DNA from: PVC group bacterium
Lineage (GTDB): Bacteria; Omnitrophota; Gorgyraeia; B26-G9
NCBI GenBank assembly: GCA_024231215.1
Contig: JAAEQR010000142.1
Span: 100,593-164,592, forward strand
Length of the DNA stretch: 64,000 nt
Direction: 5' to 3'
Shown here: positions 58,353-64,000 of the stretch, piece by piece
How positions within the stretch are numbered: the first letter of the stretch is position 1
Layout of the letters: each line of letters opens with the position of its first letter
Notes under the pieces: generated by a model
What the model saw: the letters and a program-made list of their open reading frames with translations, nothing else
Told to the model about the DNA's origin: nothing
Databases searched by the model: none
Made by a program: the position numbers and the translations under genes

Positions 58353-58919
58353 ATGACAAAAAAAATAACCCGTAAAACACATAATCGTTTAAATGGATAC
58401 GATTATTCGCAACCAAATTATTATTACATCACTACCTGCACAGAAAACCACAAAGACTGGTTTGGGGTAATTAATAACAATCAAATGATTTTAAATTCAT
58501 TTGGCCTTATCTGCCGGGAACACCTCCAAAAACTACCTGATCATTATAAAAATATCGAAATCGACAAATTCATAATAATGCCCAATCATGTCCATGCAAT
58601 TATAACCATTAATTATCAGGGTAACGGACAGGCCTTAGGCCTGTCCCTACATAATGACAATAATATTGATATTGCCAAAAATGAACCATTATCTAAAACC
58701 ATCCGTGATTTCAAATCATTCTCATCCCGGGAAATCAACAAAACAATAAATAACGGGAACAAATTCAAATGGCAAAGATCTTTCCATGACCATATAATTA
58801 GAAACGAAACGTCATTAAACAAAATCCGTGAATACATAGCAACCAATCCGGCAACGTGGTATACGGATGAATATACTATCGAAAAAATGGAGATTACAAA
58901 GAAAATCCACACAAAATAG
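58353..58919 (+). mobile_element. REP-associated tyrosine transposase (RAYT, IS200-like Y1 HUH)
   Basis: RL.GYDYS...YYITTCT, MPNHVH (HUH), FKS, WQRSFHDHIIR, YI..NP; associated with REPs. Confidence 0.93.
58626..58650 (-). repeat. GTAG-family REP (class A) inside the RAYT coding sequence
   Basis: Exact inverted copy of 58317-58341; translated in frame as GQALGLSL. Confidence 0.9.
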
Positions 58920-59267
58920 ACACAATTCCCCTATTTCATAATTTAAAAATCGGCAGGGGAGAGGCTAATTATTTAGCAAATAAATACCCTGAATTCATGT
59001 GATAATTATCAGGTACAGACGAGCAAAAGGCCCCTAAGCATTCACGGGTTCATACGCATAGACCCGCATGCCAATAAACTACAAAATTCTGCCTATAAAG
59101 ATCAAAATCAAAAAAGTTTTAGCCTTAGAAAGCGAATTTAGGGAAAAGAATTATAGATAATTACCCGGATAAACAAAGCGAGATTTAACCCTAAATAACC
59201 AGACCCTAAAAAGAGATATTCATAATATAGGCATTTCTGAGCTTCCGTCGGAAACACCATATGATTA

Positions 59268-59295
59268 AGTTAACATAAGATATATTATAGGAAGT
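59268..59295 (-). other. dif site (XerC/XerD chromosome dimer resolution)
   Basis: Minus strand ACTTCCTATAA-TATATC-TTATGTTAACT (11-6-11 layout; XerD arm TTATGTTAA); lies at the gene-strand switch. Confidence 0.85.
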
Positions 59296-59449
59296 TGTAT
59301 TATGGTGGAAAATAAGGGGTTTAATGCCTGCTTTTATGGGATTGTGTTGATTTCGTGGTGTTGATTTTTCTCAACACATTTCTGTTGCCTCATATTTCTT
59401 TTGCGCATATTTTTTGTGTTTTTAAAAATAGTTATTAAGCTCAAAATAC

Positions 59450-59785
59450 CTACATATCAAAATGCAACTGCTTATGTGCTAGTTCAGCTGATTTTGTTTT
59501 AAGAGCCTTAGGAGCTTTTTTAGCCACGGATACCAGATGATTTACCGGCTCCAACTTCACAGCCTTAAATGGCTTCTGAGACTCTTTTCCTGCGACATGC
59601 CCACGACCATCTAAATACTCCAAAAGCGTCTTTCTAATAAACACTGACGGCTCTAAATGACTTCCATGAGCTGCCACTTGAACGCTTAGCCATTGCTCAT
59701 GCGTAAGCCTCACATTAATAGTTTTAGTATATTTAATTTGCTTCTTAGGTCTGCCCCTGGTAGGTTTCTTCTGAACGTGATTCAC
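59450..59785 (-). CDS. Ribbon-helix-helix (MobC/CopG-like) DNA-binding protein
   Basis: RGRPKK then TINVRLT.EQW....AA......S.FIR; GGAGG RBS, GTG start. Confidence 0.7.
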   Translation of the reverse strand: MNHVQKKPTRGRPKKQIKYTKTINVRLTHEQWLSVQVAAHGSHLEPSVFIRKTLLEYLDGRGHVAGKESQKPFKAVKLEPVNHLVSVAKKAPKALKTKSAELAHKQLHFDM

Positions 59786-60036
59786 CTTTTACCTCCTTGC
59801 AAAATTGAAATCCATCGCCATCCTGGCTTATTGATAATAAATGTATTATACTATAAAACTATTTTCAAGGCAACAAAAAACCACAATAAAATACAGAAAA
59901 TACCCGTTTCAATATCTTTTAAGTTTATGTCTATAATTATAGTTTTATAGCGTTTTGGAAATTGTATATTGTTCCCCACTTTTGACTTGAAAATAAAATG
60001 TGGTAGATTTGGTTAACTTTGGAAGATTATTTATTA

Positions 60037-61050
60037 TTATATTGCCTGTAAAATTAATTCTTCATTTGGTGAGAATACCTCTTCCAAAACATTAAGAATA
60101 TCCAAAAACTTTAAAATAGCCATCTCATTATAAATAATGTTATTTCCCTTAAAATATGCATTCAGATCGTGAGCTAATACAATATGAACTTTCAAGAAAG
60201 CATTTTTCAACCTATCAAGGTTATCACTGCTATCAGAAATATAAATAGGTTCCATTTCTTTACAAACTGCATCTACTATGTTATCCATGGAAGTTCCCTG
60301 TAATTTACTCTTATACGAAGGATATGCCGACATTATGACTTCCCGGCTAAGCACTTTCATTAAAAAATTATTACTTTTTAAAATACTGCCTGGCTGGCTA
60401 TATGCAATATCTTTATATCTGTCTTCAAAATCTTTCTGTATTTGCTTTTCTATAATATGAACACAAAATAAATCAGATAAAGCACTAAGATAATCTGAAA
60501 CTGCTATATTCTTTACCTGCCAAGTTACTAAGAAACCTTGTTTATTGATAATAATCCTCAAGACAGCCCAAATAAGATAATATTCCTGCTCTTTGGTGTC
60601 CATATCTTGCGATATGTTTATTTGATACATTTTGCCATTTTTCTGCAATAAAGGTATTACCTCTTTGCTTTCGTTTAACATGATATCGTGATTAATCCTG
60701 TATTTTTGTTTAAGAATACTTAGCCGAGACTGATTATCAGAACAATTGGTATATTTTTCAATAAATCCCATTCTGGTCATCGGCAGAACTCTCTGCAGAT
60801 CAGAATCGGTTAGCTGTCTATTATCTGCATCTAAAATACTTTGTGAATTTAATTTTTGTAAAAAACTATCCTTGATTTCTACAATTGATATATGAACCCG
60901 CGGAGACAATAAACTCTGGATAGAACTGTGCCTTGAAGCAGCAAAAGACGTAGTCTCCCCTGCCCAAGCTATCTGTCCTAAAAGAATAGTATTTAGCAGT
61001 ATTACAACTATGCTTTTATTTATATTATGCTTTGGGTTAAATTTAACCAT
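60037..61050 (-). CDS. Hypothetical secreted protein with LSP...QAI termini
   Basis: Signal peptide ending IAWA; LLSPRVHISIVEIKDSF; ends LILQAI. Confidence 0.75.
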   Translation of the reverse strand: MVKFNPKHNINKSIVVILLNTILLGQIAWAGETTSFAASRHSSIQSLLSPRVHISIVEIKDSFLQKLNSQSILDADNRQLTDSDLQRVLPMTRMGFIEKYTNCSDNQSRLSILKQKYRINHDIMLNESKEVIPLLQKNGKMYQINISQDMDTKEQEYYLIWAVLRIIINKQGFLVTWQVKNIAVSDYLSALSDLFCVHIIEKQIQKDFEDRYKDIAYSQPGSILKSNNFLMKVLSREVIMSAYPSYKSKLQGTSMDNIVDAVCKEMEPIYISDSSDNLDRLKNAFLKVHIVLAHDLNAYFKGNNIIYNEMAILKFLDILNVLEEVFSPNEELILQAI

Positions 61051-61148
61051 ATGATATTCACCGTAACTTATTTATTGACTAATAGTAAAGTCCGGCAAGT
61101 ATACCATACAACCACTGACCTGTCAAGGCAGCTAAGTATAAGTAATTA

Positions 61149-61919
61149 TTAGGGTTGGAACCCTTCCCAGGTAGGATTAATCTCTTTTACATGAAAAATA
61201 GGACGGGCACTGTTGTTCTTCTGGAATATCATGGTTTGATTCTGAGAATTTATACACAAAGTATGGATACCACTGCGTCCGTATTCAGCCGGAACAGCGC
61301 AAAGCATAAAGGAATTCTTGCTATCACTTTCCCCCACAGTGATTCTGACCGTCTCTATATAGTAGTATCCTCTCATTGCCCGTTGTTTACTTTTTGCTGA
61401 ATTAAGAATACGTAAATCATCATCAATAATCTCATAAACACCTTTTTTTTCAATAAGTAGTTCTGCCGCATTTTCGGCATACAAGCCATAATATTTTCTA
61501 TATATTTCCTGAGCCGCAGCATATTTTTTCAAAAGCTTAGCTGCAGATTTTTCATTTGCGATTATCTTCTCTCTATCAACTGAGTCTTTAAGAATTGATT
61601 CTGTATTATGATACTCGGTAAGCGCCTGTATTGCCGCTTTATTTTCTGTTCTTGCAGAACCTCTTACAACTATTGTTTTAGGAGCTTCTTGTTCCGGAGG
61701 AACTTCTCCTCCCGGAGAAAGACCTTTGAGAAGTTCGGCTGGAATTTGTACATTGCCTGAAGAAACAGATTTTGAACCAGGAAGGATCTCCTGGTATGTC
61801 CTTTTTAAAAATTGCATTGCTACTAATGTTCCTATAATTAAAAGTATTACTATAATTATCGAAAAAATTGAATATATGCTAGTTCCGGCTCTATTAGTCA
61901 TTATTTCGTCTGTTTTCAT
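61149..61919 (-). CDS. Type IV pilin-like membrane protein
   Basis: RAG|TSIYS degenerate prepilin site plus TM; ANEKSA...AQEIY...YA, GYYY, A.PAEYGRSG pilin-like domain. Confidence 0.6.
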   Translation of the reverse strand: MKTDEIMTNRAGTSIYSIFSIIIVILLIIGTLVAMQFLKRTYQEILPGSKSVSSGNVQIPAELLKGLSPGGEVPPEQEAPKTIVVRGSARTENKAAIQALTEYHNTESILKDSVDREKIIANEKSAAKLLKKYAAAQEIYRKYYGLYAENAAELLIEKKGVYEIIDDDLRILNSAKSKQRAMRGYYYIETVRITVGESDSKNSFMLCAVPAEYGRSGIHTLCINSQNQTMIFQKNNSARPIFHVKEINPTWEGFQP

Positions 61920-61927
61920 TTTCCCTC

Positions 61928-62557
61928 TTATTTACATTTTTTTGATGTTAGTATCGTCAAAACCCCGGCTAACATCAGAAATAATGTTGAAGGTTCCGGA
62001 ATAGTATTCGAAGCTCCAGGGGTTCCATAATCTCCAGCGCCAAAAATATTATCGGAGATAGCTTCAGTCGCAAACCAATATTCAGGACTATTAATATCCC
62101 CGACACCGCTAAAAGCTAATGATCTACCTGAATAAATTGGCCAAGTGCCATTGGAATATTCGAGCCTTGAAATTTCTGTACCCAGATTATCTTCCAGAAT
62201 AACTTCGTCCTCTGTATTGCTTAATATGAATCCTTCGTATACATAGTCCGGAAGATAATCACCATTAAAATCAACCTCACCATTTCGGCCTAAAAGTAAA
62301 AATCCATCCGGAGAAATTAAAAGCGGAGCTTCATTATTGATAACATGATGATTACTATCGGCATCTTTAACTACCCACGCATTAACATCTACCGATTCAG
62401 TGCCATCGTTATATAACTCAAGCCATTCTCCATATGTATCTGAAACTTCCTGTGGATCTATCATAATCTCGTTGATATTCACAGCAGCATATATAAATCC
62501 ATTACCAATCAACATTACTAAAAAAGCAACAATCGTCCCCGATATTATTTTTATCAT
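61928..62557 (-). CDS. Lamin-tail-domain protein with PEP-CTERM sorting signal
   Basis: Signal peptide; INEIM.DP, EWLELYN, GTPGA.N; IPEPSTLFLMLAG...KK tail. Confidence 0.9.
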   Translation of the reverse strand: MIKIISGTIVAFLVMLIGNGFIYAAVNINEIMIDPQEVSDTYGEWLELYNDGTESVDVNAWVVKDADSNHHVINNEAPLLISPDGFLLLGRNGEVDFNGDYLPDYVYEGFILSNTEDEVILEDNLGTEISRLEYSNGTWPIYSGRSLAFSGVGDINSPEYWFATEAISDNIFGAGDYGTPGASNTIPEPSTLFLMLAGVLTILTSKKCK

Positions 62558-62584
62558 CCCCTAAGTATCACTCCCCCGTTATGT

Positions 62585-63208
62585 TTAGTTATTAAAAAAT
62601 AAAAAACTCCCCCCCACGAATATAAGTAATCCTGCAGATACCCGAATAATGTTTTGATATGATCTGTCACTTAGATATGTTTTCCCCTTATTTACTCCAT
62701 ATCCAATAAATCCATACCATAGGATATCTGCAAACCAATGTCCAATTAAAAGCATCACTACTCCGCCAAAACCAAGTAATGCTGCTTTAAGAATAGTAGA
62801 AAGACCAATTGTAGCCCACCAGACAAAAAAACCCGGACTCATACTACTAAAAATAATACCACCCAGAATTAATCCTCTGTCTGGAGTTTTTGCGCCTTTT
62901 AATGCGGATAGATTCATTTTGCCTGCTTTAAAAAAAAGCAAAAGCCCCATAATAATTAAAGAGGCTCCTCCAAGAATAGAGACTGTAAACAGAAAACTTT
63001 TGTATACTAATAGCCTATGGAATCCCAGAAAAATCAAGACAATAAGAAATAACTCTACAATAATATGTCCAATTATTGTCTTAAACCCGGCAAACTGATC
63101 TGTTTTAAGCGCTGCGGAAACAGTAAACAAGGTCAATGGACCTGGGATTATTGCACCAGTCAAGCCTATCGCAAATCCTGTAAATAGTAAAAATAATAGA
63201 TTCAGCAT
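62585..63208 (-). CDS. LysE family translocator
   Basis: IPGP, GH..VE, SPGFFVWW, H...D..W; six TM segments. Confidence 0.9.
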   Translation of the reverse strand: MLNLLFLLFTGFAIGLTGAIIPGPLTLFTVSAALKTDQFAGFKTIIGHIIVELFLIVLIFLGFHRLLVYKSFLFTVSILGGASLIIMGLLLFFKAGKMNLSALKGAKTPDRGLILGGIIFSSMSPGFFVWWATIGLSTILKAALLGFGGVVMLLIGHWFADILWYGFIGYGVNKGKTYLSDRSYQNIIRVSAGLLIFVGGSFLFFNN

Positions 63209-63216
63209 TATGTTTG

Positions 63217-63648
63217 TTAGTCAATAAATTTAGTATCTACTATTGCCTGGCTCCAGAATTTCCAAACACCGTCTTCCTGTTTGAAAACATAAATAAAATC
63301 AACAATATTATTTTGGAATGCAGGGCCGTCAACTTTTATAGTTTTTTGGATTGCCCTGGCAAGCGCATACTCCCCGTCAATAGCAATATAGTTAAATTCT
63401 AATAACTCATACTTTAAATCATAATAAGGAAATAATTGATTGCTCAGCTCTTTTGTCTGTAAATATCCAGGCGCCTGTGTATGAATCGTTTTCATCGCCG
63501 CATCAACATCTTCATTCGCTAATGCTACAAAATTAGCTTCCACAACAGCACGCAGTTCAGCATCCATAGCTTTATCAGCGGCTACAGCTGAACTAGCAAC
63601 CGCAAAAACAACCAATAGACAAATTATAAAAATATAGACTTTCTTCAC
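63217..63648 (-). CDS. Exported NTF2/SnoaL-like (DUF4440-like) protein
   Basis: GTG start at 63648 with AGGAG RBS; signal peptide ending AVA; ...FKQEDGVWKF end. Confidence 0.75.
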   Translation of the reverse strand: MKKVYIFIICLLVVFAVASSAVAADKAMDAELRAVVEANFVALANEDVDAAMKTIHTQAPGYLQTKELSNQLFPYYDLKYELLEFNYIAIDGEYALARAIQKTIKVDGPAFQNNIVDFIYVFKQEDGVWKFWSQAIVDTKFID

Positions 63649-63668
63649 ACTTATGCTCCTTTCCCACA

Positions 63669-63869
63669 TTAGTCAGCAATTGTCATTTTCTGCCAGATAA
63701 AAATAATAAATTTACCTAAAATCCAGATTGCGAATATAAGTAATAAAGCCATAACTATAATTCGTAATAGTACCGCCAGAACAAACAAAAATGGAACAAT
63801 TAAAATTCCAATGCCTGTTAATACAGTTATCGCAACTAAAAATATTAGCCCTACTAAAAAAGCTCTCAT
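63669..63869 (-). CDS. Small hydrophobic membrane protein
   Basis: 66 aa, almost entirely hydrophobic; AGGAG RBS. Confidence 0.7.
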   Translation of the reverse strand: MRAFLVGLIFLVAITVLTGIGILIVPFLFVLAVLLRIIVMALLLIFAIWILGKFIIFIWQKMTIAD

Positions 63870-64000
63870 CAGCTCTCCTTAAACCCATGTTTCTCGTAAG
63901 TAAAATGAATATATTTATAAATAAGATTATACTTATAATCAACAAATATGTCAATTTCTACCATAAACTTAATCCCGTATCAGGGTCATGCTTTCGCTCC

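Noticed and set aside
54783-58650. CRISPR array suggested by the recurring 25-bp palindromes
   Set aside because: Copies are dispersed, in both orientations, with no regular spacers and no cas genes; they are REPs.
59693-59950. 85-aa + strand ORF
   Set aside because: Overlaps the RHH gene antisense and AT-rich promoter DNA; no RBS or motif.

Overview
AT-rich bacterial chromosome segment from the PVC superphylum. It carries the PVC signature small basic protein, and the gene content suggests Candidatus Omnitrophota (inference). From 1 to about 59,000 essentially all genes are on the + strand: the 3' end of alaS, hisD-B-A-I, a full trp operon interrupted by a SPOR gene, a gspE-F-G-H-I-like cluster, a FIST/histidine kinase/REC-GGDEF module, tRNA-Ala(CGC), an apparently exported AmmeMemoRadiSam pair, aroQ-pepP-efp-accBC-asp23-amaP-gmhA-rfaE2-thiC, tRNA-Gly(CCC), guaA, dnaE, a PilZ-PilT fusion, HU, hisS, dgt, PilZ/HD-GYP and aroB. 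An accessory patch at about 54.6-59.8 kb holds cassette-like ORFans and a REP-associated tyrosine transposase with GTAG REPs, one of them inside its own CDS. A 28-bp XerCD dif-like site sits at 59268-59295, exactly where gene orientation flips to the - strand, so this is probably the replication terminus. The best candidate for an undescribed system is a pair of otherwise unrelated signal-peptide proteins (19082-21112 and 60037-61050). They share an N-terminal WAG...LSPx[LV]xISxxx[IV]xxxF motif and a C-terminal LIxQAI-stop motif, which suggests a bipartite export or sorting signal for variable cargo. Also notable are a Tat-signal radical SAM enzyme and c-di-GMP-binding domains on both the pilus/secretion extension and retraction ATPases. 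All calls come from reading motifs by eye; no database searches were run.
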